Origin: Escherichia coli
Lineage (GTDB): Bacteria; Pseudomonadota; Gammaproteobacteria; Enterobacterales; Enterobacteriaceae
Length of the DNA: 64,000 bases
Direction: 5' to 3' (one strand)
NCBI GenBank assembly: GCA_005400705.1
Contig: GCA_005400705.1_4079.1
The notes beneath the pieces were generated by a model, which saw only the letters and a program-made list of their open reading frames with translations, did no database searches and was not told where the DNA came from. The first letter of the stretch is position 1. Every line of letters begins with the position of its first letter. Of this stretch, positions 24,258 to 34,636 are shown piece after piece. The position numbers were made by a program, and so were the translations under genes.

Positions 24258-25778
24258 ATGATTCAAAGCACAGTGGATGTGAAACAATATGGGATTAATG
24301 CACAACAATACTTATTATCTCAGATTTTCAGTAATCCTGATTTATATGTACGTTGTAAAAATATCCTTAAACCAGAATATTTTGATAAAACATTTCATGA
24401 AAGTATTCAATACGTGCATGATTATGCTGCAAAATATAGTTCATCACCTACTTTAAAAGATATTGAAGTTAAAGGTGGTTATCAATACGATCAATATGAA
24501 GTTCAAGAATTACATAAACAATCAGTACTTGATACATGTGGTGAATTTTGTCGCCATAAAGCATTAGCTTTAGCCGTTGAAAAAGGAATGGAACTTGTCC
24601 ATCAGAAAAAATATGGTGGAATCGAAGAACTAATCCGAGAAGCAATGTTGGTAACGGTACAGAATGAGTTAGGTTTGGATATTTTTGAAAACCCTGAAGA
24701 TACAATCCGCTCACTCAGTACAATGCAAGGGTCATTTAAGAGTGGTTGGGAAACTCTTGATTACAAACTTTTCGGTGGATTTGGGCGTAGAGAGTTAGAG
24801 ATCTTTGCTGCTGCATCAGGTGGTGGTAAATCAGTAGTACTGCAAAATTTAGCAGTTAACTTTGCGAAAGCTGGTATGAATGGTGCATACATTTCACTTG
24901 AACTAGCTGAAGAGTTGGTTGCTGTTCGTATCTATGGTATGATGACTGAATCAAAACTCAGTAACGTAAAAAATGAAGCTGAAAAGATTGGATTTGCTGT
25001 TAAAGTTGAAGGTAAAAACAGTGGTATGTTGCGTATTAAACGCTTACCTGAATCTGTAACAACCACTGACGATATTGAAAGTTATCTACGTGAATTACAA
25101 ATTAAGATGGAAATCAAACTTGATTATGTATGCGTGGACTATTTGGATCTATTAACTTCTAATCGTCTTGGACCAAATGATAAATCCAATACATTTACTA
25201 AAGATAAGTTTGTATCAGAAGAATTACGTGCACTTGCAACCAAAATGGATTTAACTGTTTTCACTGCATCTCAGTTTAACCGTAGTGGTATGGACGAAGA
25301 TAAGAAAAGTCAAAGTCAGATTGCTGGTGGTATTTCGAAAATTTATACTGCTGATAACGTAATTTATATTGAGGCACGAAAAGAAACTGGCGAACTATGG
25401 TTTGATTTCCAAAAAACACGTAACAGTAGTGCAGTAGGTTCCCGTTTGCGTATGTCATATGATATTGATTCATTGAGAGTTCTTGACCACGCAACTACAG
25501 TACAACAAATGGAAACCGAAGGTAATGGATTCCGTCACAGCGGTGTTTCTAAGATTGGTGGAGGGAATATGGCGTTACCACCCAGCACTATGCAAACATT
25601 ACGTCATACGCTTTCTGGTGCAGCTAAATCACCATCTGTGCAACCTGACAATACAGTAACACTAAATACTGATAGTGCTCCTAACTCTACGACACAAAAC
25701 GAAATACAGAATCCACAGACACATGCTGGTACTGATCGTGTTCATGCAATGAAGCAATGGTTAAATCAAAGGAAATGA
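24258..25778 (+). CDS. replicative DNA helicase (DnaB family, T4 gp41-like)
   Basis: Walker A AAASGGGKSV; Walker B DYVCVDYLD; SQFNRSG motif. Confidence 0.85.
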   Translation: MIQSTVDVKQYGINAQQYLLSQIFSNPDLYVRCKNILKPEYFDKTFHESIQYVHDYAAKYSSSPTLKDIEVKGGYQYDQYEVQELHKQSVLDTCGEFCRHKALALAVEKGMELVHQKKYGGIEELIREAMLVTVQNELGLDIFENPEDTIRSLSTMQGSFKSGWETLDYKLFGGFGRRELEIFAAASGGGKSVVLQNLAVNFAKAGMNGAYISLELAEELVAVRIYGMMTESKLSNVKNEAEKIGFAVKVEGKNSGMLRIKRLPESVTTTDDIESYLRELQIKMEIKLDYVCVDYLDLLTSNRLGPNDKSNTFTKDKFVSEELRALATKMDLTVFTASQFNRSGMDEDKKSQSQIAGGISKIYTADNVIYIEARKETGELWFDFQKTRNSSAVGSRLRMSYDIDSLRVLDHATTVQQMETEGNGFRHSGVSKIGGGNMALPPSTMQTLRHTLSGAAKSPSVQPDNTVTLNTDSAPNSTTQNEIQNPQTHAGTDRVHAMKQWLNQRK

Positions 25779-25781
25779 TAA

Positions 25782-26054
25782 ATGTCTAGTAAATCCAATA
25801 AAAAGAATCTACTTGATAGTATAGTTGACTATACGCCAGAGAAAGATACATTACAGAGTTTTAGTAATCGTGCAGACCACGCAATAAACTCTGTGATTCA
25901 TTTATTGGAGAGCATTGAAGATGAGTTTAACCAAACTGATGCTGAAGATTTAAAAAAACGCTTATTTCTAAGTATAAAAAACCGAGATTATAAAAAGTTT
26001 CAAAAAGGGTTAGAGAATATAGCACTTGATGAAAAACGTAATAAAGGAAATTAA
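25782..26054 (+). CDS. hypothetical protein
   Basis: 90-aa ORF. Confidence 0.45.
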   Translation: MSSKSNKKNLLDSIVDYTPEKDTLQSFSNRADHAINSVIHLLESIEDEFNQTDAEDLKKRLFLSIKNRDYKKFQKGLENIALDEKRNKGN

Positions 26055-26055
26055 T

Positions 26056-26220
26056 ATGAAGAAAAAGAATATCAAAGAAAATGCATCTTCTGGAGCTACT
26101 TCAGCAGGTGCTATTGCATCAGTCAGTACTGGTTTACATTATCCATTACATCGTAGATTGCCTCCTACTAACTTCTTTGGATACAAAGTCGTAGAGAAAA
26201 AAGATAAGGACAAAGAATGA
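26056..26220 (+). CDS. hypothetical small protein
   Basis: AAAGGAAA RBS before ATG 26056. Confidence 0.35.
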   Translation: MKKKNIKENASSGATSAGAIASVSTGLHYPLHRRLPPTNFFGYKVVEKKDKDKE

Positions 26221-26609
26221 AACCATATACATTCTACACAATTCACACTGTAGTAGATATTGGTGATGGTAAAACCCCAACAATCATAGATTCTAAGTTC
26301 ACTGGTGCTATGAACTTGTCTAGGTTGTTGGAAGCTATTATGGTATATGACTATCCAATGATGGTAAGCGTTGTTAAAAATGAAGTCGATTTATATAAAG
26401 ATAATAATTCATCTTTTTATAACATGCCAATTTCTTGGGGAAAATGTACCATAAGCACATTCAAATTCGCATTACCAATGGATGTCGAACTTCGTTTGAA
26501 TGGTATACCATTGGTTCTACCAACCGAATTAAATGGAAAACGAATAACAAAATTTATCACATCTGGTGATGATATTAACATTAGCATCAGCAAACAGACC
26601 TTTTCTTAA
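26217..26609 (+). CDS. hypothetical protein
   Basis: 130-aa ORF, ATGA start/stop overlap. Confidence 0.45.
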   Translation: MKPYTFYTIHTVVDIGDGKTPTIIDSKFTGAMNLSRLLEAIMVYDYPMMVSVVKNEVDLYKDNNSSFYNMPISWGKCTISTFKFALPMDVELRLNGIPLVLPTELNGKRITKFITSGDDINISISKQTFS

Positions 26610-26665
26610 TTGTGATAAATATCATAAAGCAAGACAGAGGTCTTTTTATTTTATATGGAGAAAAT

Positions 26666-27610
26666 ATGGATATAAACCAAACAGCAACTGAACTTCAAAA
26701 GTTCGCAGATGCACATAATTTGAATGTTGATGTTTCTGTTATTCTTGATAATATGGATGCAGGTGATTTTATCACTTTAAATTCTGCGATTGATAATTCT
26801 GACAATCGTGAAATATTCCAAATTTTACAAAAATACAAAGCACAGATGAGTGAATGTTATAATTATTTTAGTACTAAAAATGTTAACAAACATATTAATG
26901 AAAGTACTGAACTTCATAGTATTGTTGATTCAATGTCACTAAAGCAATTAGCAGAAGAGTATCATAAAAATTATACATATTCAGATATAACAAAACTAAC
27001 CACACAAGAATTAAAAGCAATTGTATTTGAAGATTTACAAAATCAAGCCACACAAATGCAAGCAAAACAAATTGCTAAAATGAATGTTTCTCAGGGTCAA
27101 CAACAAGTCAATCCACAAACTCAAGCTAAAATGAAACAAGCTGAGTTGCAAAGAAATGCTAATAATATGAAAGTTAGTGTTCCTGGTACACAAAGCGGGA
27201 CAGATTCGGTTGAACCTGTAGTTGGTGTTGACCCAGGTCAAACACCGGAGCAATCATTAGTTATTACTAAAAGCGGGACCAAGCCAAATGAGTTGAACGT
27301 TTTTCCTTTGAGTGATGTTAATCCTATTGATAATCAAAATAATCCAATTCGTGAAGAAAAATCTCCACAAGAAATTAACAGTGAACTTATGGCTAATTCC
27401 AGTTTAGAGCCTGATAGTAATCCTGATACACCATCACCATTGTCACATCATGCACCAGGTATGGGCGAAATGATACATGCAATTTCTGATATTGAAAAAG
27501 AAGATGATATCTATGGTGATGAAAGTGTTATGGCAAACACATCACAATCTGATAATGATGACATGGTAGACCAAATTATCGATTTCTGTCATCGTATGCG
27601 AGGTCGTTAA
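26666..27610 (+). CDS. hypothetical Gln-rich protein
   Basis: GGAG RBS at 26657; ATG 26666 preferred over track start 26612. Confidence 0.5.
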   Translation: MDINQTATELQKFADAHNLNVDVSVILDNMDAGDFITLNSAIDNSDNREIFQILQKYKAQMSECYNYFSTKNVNKHINESTELHSIVDSMSLKQLAEEYHKNYTYSDITKLTTQELKAIVFEDLQNQATQMQAKQIAKMNVSQGQQQVNPQTQAKMKQAELQRNANNMKVSVPGTQSGTDSVEPVVGVDPGQTPEQSLVITKSGTKPNELNVFPLSDVNPIDNQNNPIREEKSPQEINSELMANSSLEPDSNPDTPSPLSHHAPGMGEMIHAISDIEKEDDIYGDESVMANTSQSDNDDMVDQIIDFCHRMRGR

Positions 27611-27828
27611 TGAGAACAGTACTAAATGTGCATGGTCACAATACAATGGTTTCTAATGAAGAATATAAACTATTACAAAAGATAAAAGCACGCGGTACTG
27701 TTCCAGTTGAAAAGGTAAATGAATATTATCAGGAATTAGCTGATAAGATGGTATCACGTGGTGTTCTAAATAAAATAGAAAATGATGACGGTACTGAATC
27801 TTACCAAACAGTTAGGAGTAGTAAATGA
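27610..27828 (+). CDS. hypothetical small protein
   Basis: 72-aa ORF, TAATG overlap. Confidence 0.4.
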   Translation: MRTVLNVHGHNTMVSNEEYKLLQKIKARGTVPVEKVNEYYQELADKMVSRGVLNKIENDDGTESYQTVRSSK

Positions 27829-28496
27829 ATTACGAATATGATCAACAATCAGTTAATCAGATGGCTGATTTGTTAAGTGGATTGAATGACATTGAAGCTG
27901 GTGAAACACATAACGCATCGGGGGTTCCATATAAAACTGGTGGTGATATCGGTGCTATGGCTTCTATTTTAACTTCATTAAATGAAGCAGGTATGGATTA
28001 TGGTGAACCACAACATCCACATATGGTTCAATACAATTCTCCGTATAATGAACATTTATCAGGGAATTCACCAGTACCTTCGCCACGACCATCACAAGCA
28101 CCTATTAAACCAAAAACTAATTGGAGTTTAGTGGAAGAAAAAGTACAAGGTACTAAATCTACTAAAGTTTATAGCATTAAGTGTAATCATAGTTCACAAA
28201 TTATCATGAATAATATTATGATGTATGAAGCAGCACTTACATTAGTTAATCTTCTCAATGAAGGAAGAATGTTGACAGATGCAAAAGTACTTGGTATAAT
28301 CAGTTCGGGTCTTCAATACACGAATGTGATTAGTGAAGCATTGAAAGCAGCCCAGAAACGTCAACGCGTACTTAATGAATCGAAGTATGATGAAGCAAAA
28401 GATTTAGATATAATTATTGCAGAAAAGAAAGCTGAAGCGTATAAATTAAAAGAGCGTGTATTAAACTTTCTAAAAGGCGAAGGTTATATAAAGTAA
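27825..28496 (+). CDS. hypothetical protein
   Basis: 223-aa ORF. Confidence 0.45.
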   Translation: MNYEYDQQSVNQMADLLSGLNDIEAGETHNASGVPYKTGGDIGAMASILTSLNEAGMDYGEPQHPHMVQYNSPYNEHLSGNSPVPSPRPSQAPIKPKTNWSLVEEKVQGTKSTKVYSIKCNHSSQIIMNNIMMYEAALTLVNLLNEGRMLTDAKVLGIISSGLQYTNVISEALKAAQKRQRVLNESKYDEAKDLDIIIAEKKAEAYKLKERVLNFLKGEGYIK

Positions 28497-28528
28497 ATAA
28501 ATGAGTGATATTTTATAAGGAAATACAA

Positions 28529-29161
28529 ATGTCAAAATATAAAAAACTAATGGAAGCAGCTTCTCGTGCAGAAGCTATGAAGTTTATTCAACTAAATGAA
28601 TCTAATATTGAAAAAGCAGAAATTGTTCTTTCAGTAAAAGGTGAGATTGTTGATAAACTCCAACGTCAATCTGAGGTTATTAACAACATGGGTGTTGACG
28701 TACTAGGCCCACTACTTGACCGTATTAAAGCCGAGCAAGGTCTAGATGCTGCACAAAATTTTAGTGATAATGTTCGTCATCTACTACAACATGCAGTTAC
28801 TACCTTAATGGATGTAAAAGACAAAATCAGTACTGAAACACTTAAACTAACTGGTGATATCACTGATGGTCCAGATGTTTCTGATATTGGAAGTGAAGAT
28901 GTTGATATTGATATTGCAGCAGATACCCCAACTTTTGATATGGATGCAGACGCAGACTTTGAAGAAGACATTATCTCTGAGCCAGTACCAACTGAACGTG
29001 AAATGAAAGAATCTGTTAAACCAAGTAAAGTTGGTGTAAAAATGGAAAGTATTCGCGGAACTGTGGGTACTAAATACTTTAGTTCAAAAGAAGAAATGAA
29101 AACATGGCTTTCTGAGAATGAAAAGAAAGTTAAACGTGTTCTAGGATACGTTAAAAAATAA
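28529..29161 (+). CDS. hypothetical acidic protein
   Basis: AAGGAAATACAAATG initiation region; acidic central tract. Confidence 0.45.
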   Translation: MSKYKKLMEAASRAEAMKFIQLNESNIEKAEIVLSVKGEIVDKLQRQSEVINNMGVDVLGPLLDRIKAEQGLDAAQNFSDNVRHLLQHAVTTLMDVKDKISTETLKLTGDITDGPDVSDIGSEDVDIDIAADTPTFDMDADADFEEDIISEPVPTEREMKESVKPSKVGVKMESIRGTVGTKYFSSKEEMKTWLSENEKKVKRVLGYVKK

Positions 29162-29177
29162 TTAAGGACAATTCTAC

Positions 29178-29513
29178 ATGAGATTTCGTGATCTTACTGA
29201 AGAGGCTCCTGGTAAAGATATACGCAATATGATTACTACTATTGCGTTGTCTTTAGTGTCCACGGGTCGAGAAGAAGTAAATGTTCAATCTTTGATTTCT
29301 GAAATTAAAAAGAGAACCAACATCGATGTTCCATACAATGTAATGATGGACATTTTGAATTCCCTTCCTTTTGTACAGGATGCTAATTCTGATGTTGTAA
29401 CTTTTGCAGGAAATTCAGCAGAAGGTTCAGAAGAAGTCGAGCAAGATTCTGAAGAGCAAGTTGAAGATTGGGCCACAAAAGCTGCTGTGACAGCAAATAA
29501 ACAAAAAAACTGA
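29178..29513 (+). CDS. hypothetical protein
   Basis: 111-aa ORF. Confidence 0.45.
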   Translation: MRFRDLTEEAPGKDIRNMITTIALSLVSTGREEVNVQSLISEIKKRTNIDVPYNVMMDILNSLPFVQDANSDVVTFAGNSAEGSEEVEQDSEEQVEDWATKAAVTANKQKN

Positions 29514-29530
29514 GACAAATTAAAATATAA

Positions 29531-29539
29531 TGCTATAAT
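29531..29539 (+). promoter_or_regulatory. extended -10 promoter (TGcTATAAT)
   Basis: tgctataat followed by AGGAG RBS of nuclease gene. Confidence 0.4.
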
Positions 29540-29552
29540 TAGGAGTACACGG

Positions 29553-30272
29553 ATGTACACACCACCAATTGTTAGCAGATATACATATGTTGGTTACAAT
29601 AGAATTGAAGGCGGCCCAGAAGGTCGCCTTTATTCAACTCCAACAGGTAATCTGCCGTCAGTAACAACAATTCTAAGTGCGACCTCGAATGACGAAGGTT
29701 TAAAGAAATGGAGAGAATTTGTTGGTGAAGAAAAGGCTAATGAGATTACATTAGAAGCATGTACAGTTGGTACTTTTATGCATGAGAACTTGGAATTTAG
29801 ATTGGAAGGAAAGCCAGACCATGAAGGTGGTATGCCAATTCGAGTTCTTGCACGTAGAATGGCTGACAAAATTCAGCAAGAAGCATGGCCTAGAATTAAT
29901 GAAGTATGGGGACAGGAAGTCCCATTGTACTATGAAGGTTTATGGGCCGGAACAACTGATTTAGTAGGTGTTCATGATGGAATCCCAACCATTATGGATT
30001 ATAAAAATTCCCGTAAAGTTAAGAAGTGGGGACAAATAGAAAATTATCGTATGCAAATTGCAGCATATGCATTAGCCCATAATCAAATGTTTGGAACTAA
30101 TATAGAACGTGGTGTGATTTTCATCTGTGTAAGAAAAGATCCTAACAATCTACAATATCAAGAGTTTGTCATAGAAGGACAAGACTTCAAAGATGCAGTC
30201 AATATGTGGATTGAACGTGTAGAACAATACTATATTTTACGTGGAGAAATTGAATCAAATGGAGCAGCATAA
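29553..30272 (+). CDS. PD-(D/E)xK nuclease (RecB/Cas4-like fold)
   Basis: GTTDLVG (motif II), IMDYK (motif III), QIAAYAL (QxxxY). Confidence 0.6.
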   Translation: MYTPPIVSRYTYVGYNRIEGGPEGRLYSTPTGNLPSVTTILSATSNDEGLKKWREFVGEEKANEITLEACTVGTFMHENLEFRLEGKPDHEGGMPIRVLARRMADKIQQEAWPRINEVWGQEVPLYYEGLWAGTTDLVGVHDGIPTIMDYKNSRKVKKWGQIENYRMQIAAYALAHNQMFGTNIERGVIFICVRKDPNNLQYQEFVIEGQDFKDAVNMWIERVEQYYILRGEIESNGAA

Positions 30273-30813
30273 AAAAATGAAACAAGATCTATATACAATT
30301 CGTGCACTAGTAAGTAAAGGTTATGATTTAGAAGAAGTAATTAAACTTAGTGAAGAAGAGATTGATAAACTGGATTTGTCAAATAAGCTAATTCTAAATA
30401 TCAAAGATTATAAACAACGTGGTGCTAAACCTGTTGAAGAAATTAAAGAACAAATTGCACAAGATATTAGTGTTGATGAAGTATCACGCAATGTACCACC
30501 AGAAGTTATTCAAGAGTATGTTGTTGATAGTGAAGAACAAGTTAAAGTTTCTGAAGAAGTAGAAATTATTGCAGAAGAACTTGCTCCTGAATTGGAAGAA
30601 GATGAAGTTGTTATTGAGCGTGTTGTTTCATCTAAAGAAGATTTGGACATTATCAAAGAAGCATTGCAAACTAAAGAATTAAAAAGTGTTTCCAATTATG
30701 TTAAACATTTAAAATCTTTAGTACCAGAACAAATTCTATCTTCTGTAGATAGCTCAGTTGTATCTCAACTAATTAATGAGCGTATTGCGGAAGTTAAAGA
30801 AAAAGCTAAATAA
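30259..30813 (+). CDS. hypothetical acidic protein
   Basis: Glu-rich ORF; start uncertain (30241/30259/30277). Confidence 0.4.
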   Translation: MEQHKKMKQDLYTIRALVSKGYDLEEVIKLSEEEIDKLDLSNKLILNIKDYKQRGAKPVEEIKEQIAQDISVDEVSRNVPPEVIQEYVVDSEEQVKVSEEVEIIAEELAPELEEDEVVIERVVSSKEDLDIIKEALQTKELKSVSNYVKHLKSLVPEQILSSVDSSVVSQLINERIAEVKEKAK

Positions 30814-30841
30814 TCCTATAATACTATAGGAGATAGTTTTT

Positions 30842-31423
30842 ATGGCACAACAACAAATTGCTTTACAACAAGTAAGAACTGGTAAACAGAGAGACTTACC
30901 TGATGCATTAGAAAAAGGTCAGATAGGATTCAGTACTGATGTGGGTCGTGTTTTTATTGGCCTTCCATCATCATCTGACCCAGCCAGCTTAGTCGCTGGA
31001 AGAACTTGGACTACTGATCCAAATTCAGGTAAAGAAAACGTAGAAATAATTACAGAATTTTCACCGTGGAGAACGGTATCAAAAATAATTAATAGACCGT
31101 TTAAAGTTGATCTTCCACAAAATCAAGAAAGTATAGAAGTTATTCTTGAAAGTGAAAGTAGAGTATTCATCGATTATATTGCATATGATGATACAGAAAC
31201 GGTTTTAGAATCAGGAACTATTCAACTAGTAGCCGCTGGTTCAAACACAATGATTGCACAGTCTAATAACACAAATCGTACTGATGCAATTATATCTATC
31301 TCATTTGAAGATCCTGCATATGATTCAATAACTGGAAATATGCAATTTAACATAGTTAACTCGGATTATTTAAATTCAGGATATCATATAGAATTTGTAT
31401 ATCGTGGGTGGGACAAACCTTAA
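30842..31423 (+). CDS. hypothetical protein
   Basis: 193-aa ORF. Confidence 0.45.
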   Translation: MAQQQIALQQVRTGKQRDLPDALEKGQIGFSTDVGRVFIGLPSSSDPASLVAGRTWTTDPNSGKENVEIITEFSPWRTVSKIINRPFKVDLPQNQESIEVILESESRVFIDYIAYDDTETVLESGTIQLVAAGSNTMIAQSNNTNRTDAIISISFEDPAYDSITGNMQFNIVNSDYLNSGYHIEFVYRGWDKP

Positions 31424-31442
31424 AAGGCGTCCCGCCTTTTTC
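31422..31442. terminator. bidirectional terminator
   Basis: aaaaggcg-tcc-cgcctttt. Confidence 0.5.
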
Positions 31443-31486
31443 TTCCACTAAAAAAAGAAATTTATATCAATAAACAAGGATGACAC

Positions 31487-33805
31487 ATGATTAACGTAAC
31501 CAAGCGTAATGGAATGAAAGAGCCGTTATCATTGGATAAGATCCATCAAATTTTATTTTTCGCTGCTGAAGGGTTAAGTGGTATTTCCGTTTCTGAAATT
31601 GAAATCCGTGCACAGCTTCAGTTTTATGAAGGTATTGAAACCAGTACTATTCATGATATTCTAATAAAAGCAGCAGCAGAACTTATTTCTGAAGATACGC
31701 CTAACTATCAATACGTTGCTGGAAGATTATTAAACTATAGTATTCGTAAGCAAGTATATGGACAGTATGACCCAATTAAGTATACTGCTCATCTTCAAGA
31801 AATGGTAGATACTAAAATATATGATCCTGAAATTTTGGAGAAATATACTCTTCAAGAAATTGAAGAGCTTGGACGTTACATCAAACATAAACGTGATGAT
31901 AAATTCACTTATGTTGCTATGCGTCAGTGGGAAGGAAAGTATCTATATAAGAATCGCGTAACTAAGAAAATCTACGAAACTCCACAAATGGCATATATGA
32001 CCATTGCAGCAATCATCTTTATGGAGTATGATCGCTCTGTACGTATGTCTTATGTTAAGAAGTTTTATGATGCTGTTAGTAACTTTGATATCAGTCTCCC
32101 GACTCCTATCATGGCTGGTCTACGTACCAATACACGTCAGTTTAGTTCTTGTGTAGTACTAAACGTTGGAGATAGTCTAGATAGTATTGGTTCTTCTAAC
32201 CACGCTATACTACGTTATATTTCCCGTAAAGCTGGACTTGGTATCAATATGGGCCGCATTCGTGCTCTGGACTCCGAGATTCGTTCAGGTGATGCAGTAC
32301 ACACTGGTTTGATTCCTTTCATTGCATCAACTGCTAAGACCGTTAAAAGCTGCTCTCAAGGTGGTGTACGTGGTGGTGCAGCAACAGTCCACTTCCCATT
32401 GTGGCATTTGGAATTTGACAATCTTGTAGTACTGAAAAATAACAAAGGTACTGAGTTCAACCGTGTTCGACAACTTGACTATTGTTTCCAAGTGAACAAA
32501 ACACTATATCAACGTTTAGTGGATGGCAAGAATATTACATTCTTTAGTCCTAATGAAGTTCCTGGGCTATATGAAGCATTCTGTTCTAACCTAAAAGAAT
32601 TTGAAAAGCTGTACAAGAAGTATGAAGCTGATCCAAGCATTCGTAAAAAATCTGTATCTGCTGTTGAAGTATTCAGTACTCTAATGACTGAGCGTGCAGA
32701 AACTGGTCGTATCTATATTCAAAACATTGACCATGCAAACACACACTCAACCTTTATTGAATCAATTGCACCAATTGAACAATCCAACTTGTGTCAAGAA
32801 ATCGCACTACCATCTGTGCCATTTGATGATATTAATACTGGCGAAGGTTTGATTAGTCTATGTACTTTGAGTGCAATCAACTGGGGTAACTTTGACCGCC
32901 CAGAAGATATGGAAACTGCTTGTGATCTTTCTGTACGTGCTCTTGATTCTCTATTGGATTATCAAGACTACCCAGTAGTTCATGCTGACCGTGCAACTAA
33001 AATGTATCGCCCATTAGGTGTTGGTATCATTAACTTTGCATACTTCCTTGCTAAACGTGGTTTACGTTATAATGAAGCAGCATTAGAAACAGTTAACGAG
33101 TGGGCTGAAGCATGGTCTTACTATCTAATTAAATCTTCTGTACAGCTTGCTAAAGAGAAAGGTAAGTGTGAAGGTTTTGACACACTAAAATATGCTAAAG
33201 GTATTCTACCAATTGATACCTATAAAGAAGATATTGATGCGTTGGTATCTCCTGAACTAAAACAAGATTGGGAAACATTGCGTCAGGATATCAAACAATA
33301 TGGTATTCGTAACGCAACAACTATGGCACTGATGCCAGCAGAAACTAGTGCACAAATCAGTAACAGTACTAATGGTATTGAGAAACCTCGTTCACTTGTA
33401 ACTAAGAAACTATCTAAAGATGGTATTCTTAAACAAGTCGTTCCTGAAATCAATAAGTTGAAAAACAAATATGATTTACTATGGGATCAGAAAGATAACA
33501 TCGGTTATCTACAAATCTGTGGTGTTCTTCAGAAATACATTGACCAAAGTATTAGTGTGAATACCAGTTACAATCCAGCACACTTCCCTGATGGTAAGTT
33601 GCCAATGTCAACACTACTAACTGAACTAATGTATGCATACAAAGTTGGTTTGAAAAATCTGTATTATCATAATACTAATGATGGTTCTGATGAAGTGGAT
33701 GTTGAGAAAGTACTAAAAGAAGCTGCAAAACCAGAATCAGGACAGTTTGTGTTGCCTACACTACCTGACTTAGATGAAGGTGATTGTGATAGTTGTAAGA
33801 TCTAA
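31487..33805 (+). CDS. nrdA: ribonucleotide reductase class Ia large subunit
   Basis: N-terminal ATP-cone (VTKRNGMKEPLSLDKI), active-site CSQGGVRGG region, C-terminal CDSCKI. Confidence 0.9.
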   Translation: MINVTKRNGMKEPLSLDKIHQILFFAAEGLSGISVSEIEIRAQLQFYEGIETSTIHDILIKAAAELISEDTPNYQYVAGRLLNYSIRKQVYGQYDPIKYTAHLQEMVDTKIYDPEILEKYTLQEIEELGRYIKHKRDDKFTYVAMRQWEGKYLYKNRVTKKIYETPQMAYMTIAAIIFMEYDRSVRMSYVKKFYDAVSNFDISLPTPIMAGLRTNTRQFSSCVVLNVGDSLDSIGSSNHAILRYISRKAGLGINMGRIRALDSEIRSGDAVHTGLIPFIASTAKTVKSCSQGGVRGGAATVHFPLWHLEFDNLVVLKNNKGTEFNRVRQLDYCFQVNKTLYQRLVDGKNITFFSPNEVPGLYEAFCSNLKEFEKLYKKYEADPSIRKKSVSAVEVFSTLMTERAETGRIYIQNIDHANTHSTFIESIAPIEQSNLCQEIALPSVPFDDINTGEGLISLCTLSAINWGNFDRPEDMETACDLSVRALDSLLDYQDYPVVHADRATKMYRPLGVGIINFAYFLAKRGLRYNEAALETVNEWAEAWSYYLIKSSVQLAKEKGKCEGFDTLKYAKGILPIDTYKEDIDALVSPELKQDWETLRQDIKQYGIRNATTMALMPAETSAQISNSTNGIEKPRSLVTKKLSKDGILKQVVPEINKLKNKYDLLWDQKDNIGYLQICGVLQKYIDQSISVNTSYNPAHFPDGKLPMSTLLTELMYAYKVGLKNLYYHNTNDGSDEVDVEKVLKEAAKPESGQFVLPTLPDLDEGDCDSCKI

Positions 33806-33822
33806 TTAAAGATCCCGCTTCG

Positions 33823-33847
33823 GCGGGATTTATTTCATAGGAGTGAT
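33823..33847 (+). terminator. rho-independent terminator
   Basis: atcccgc-ttcg-gcgggat hairpin + T-rich tract. Confidence 0.55.
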
Positions 33848-33850
33848 ATA

Positions 33851-34624
33851 ATGAAAGTTGACTATCGTAGTCCAATAGATATTGGATTCATAGAAGAATT
33901 TTGGGATGATCTTGATATGGATATGATTGTTCGCTATCAAAAACTCCCACAAGACTTTATAAAAAAACATTTTGATAAAATGAACCCTAATATGTTAGTT
34001 CGATATCAAACAATGTCAACTGATTTTCTTAAAGAAAAGTGGGAGTGGTTTGATAAAAATGTTATTGCACAATATGTAGTCATGCCAATGGAATTGATTA
34101 TGGAAAAATGGAATGACTTCAAAGATAACTTTCTTGATACTGTTGCTAAGTATCAAAAACTAACACAAGATTTTATTCAAGACAAATGGAATGACTTTGT
34201 TGAATTTAGAGATGGTGTAATGTCGGAAATTTCCAGATATCAAAAACTAACACTTGATTTCATTAAAGATAAATGGGATTATATTGATAAGAACTATATT
34301 TCATATTACCAAACTTTAACGGTTGATTTTATCAAAGATAATATTACTGAATTAAATGTTGCAGCAGTATCAGCATTTCAAATACTATCGGATGATATAC
34401 GCTCATTGATGGGATTAGAAGCACCAGCAAAAACTATTACTGGTAATCAAATACTCGCGTTGGACCCATGTGCCGATGGTATGGCTCGATACAATGCTCA
34501 TACACCTGACAATAATAAAGTTTTGACATGGAATGAACTACTTACACTACACTTGGGTTCACAAGAAGGAATTAGTGATATCCATTGGCTATCATATAAA
34601 TTGGGTCATAAAATTAATACATAA
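33851..34624 (+). CDS. tandem-repeat protein (about seven 24-aa xRYQxLxxDFIKxKW units)
   Basis: Repeats IVRYQKLPQDFIKKHF / VRYQTMSTDFLKEKW / AKYQKLTQDFIQDKW / ISRYQKLTLDFIKDKW / YYQTLTVDFIKD. Confidence 0.55.
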   Translation: MKVDYRSPIDIGFIEEFWDDLDMDMIVRYQKLPQDFIKKHFDKMNPNMLVRYQTMSTDFLKEKWEWFDKNVIAQYVVMPMELIMEKWNDFKDNFLDTVAKYQKLTQDFIQDKWNDFVEFRDGVMSEISRYQKLTLDFIKDKWDYIDKNYISYYQTLTVDFIKDNITELNVAAVSAFQILSDDIRSLMGLEAPAKTITGNQILALDPCADGMARYNAHTPDNNKVLTWNELLTLHLGSQEGISDIHWLSYKLGHKINT

Positions 34625-34636
34625 AGGAATATATAT

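Noticed and set aside
26612-26665. Track start at 26612 for the 26612..27610 ORF
   Set aside because: This stretch contains a hairpin and a GGAG site placed for ATG 26666, so the shorter start is preferred.
33851-34624. Homing endonuclease between nrdA and nrdB
   Set aside because: The position is classic for such elements, but the ORF has no GIY-YIG, HNH or LAGLIDADG motifs and is instead a tandem-repeat protein.
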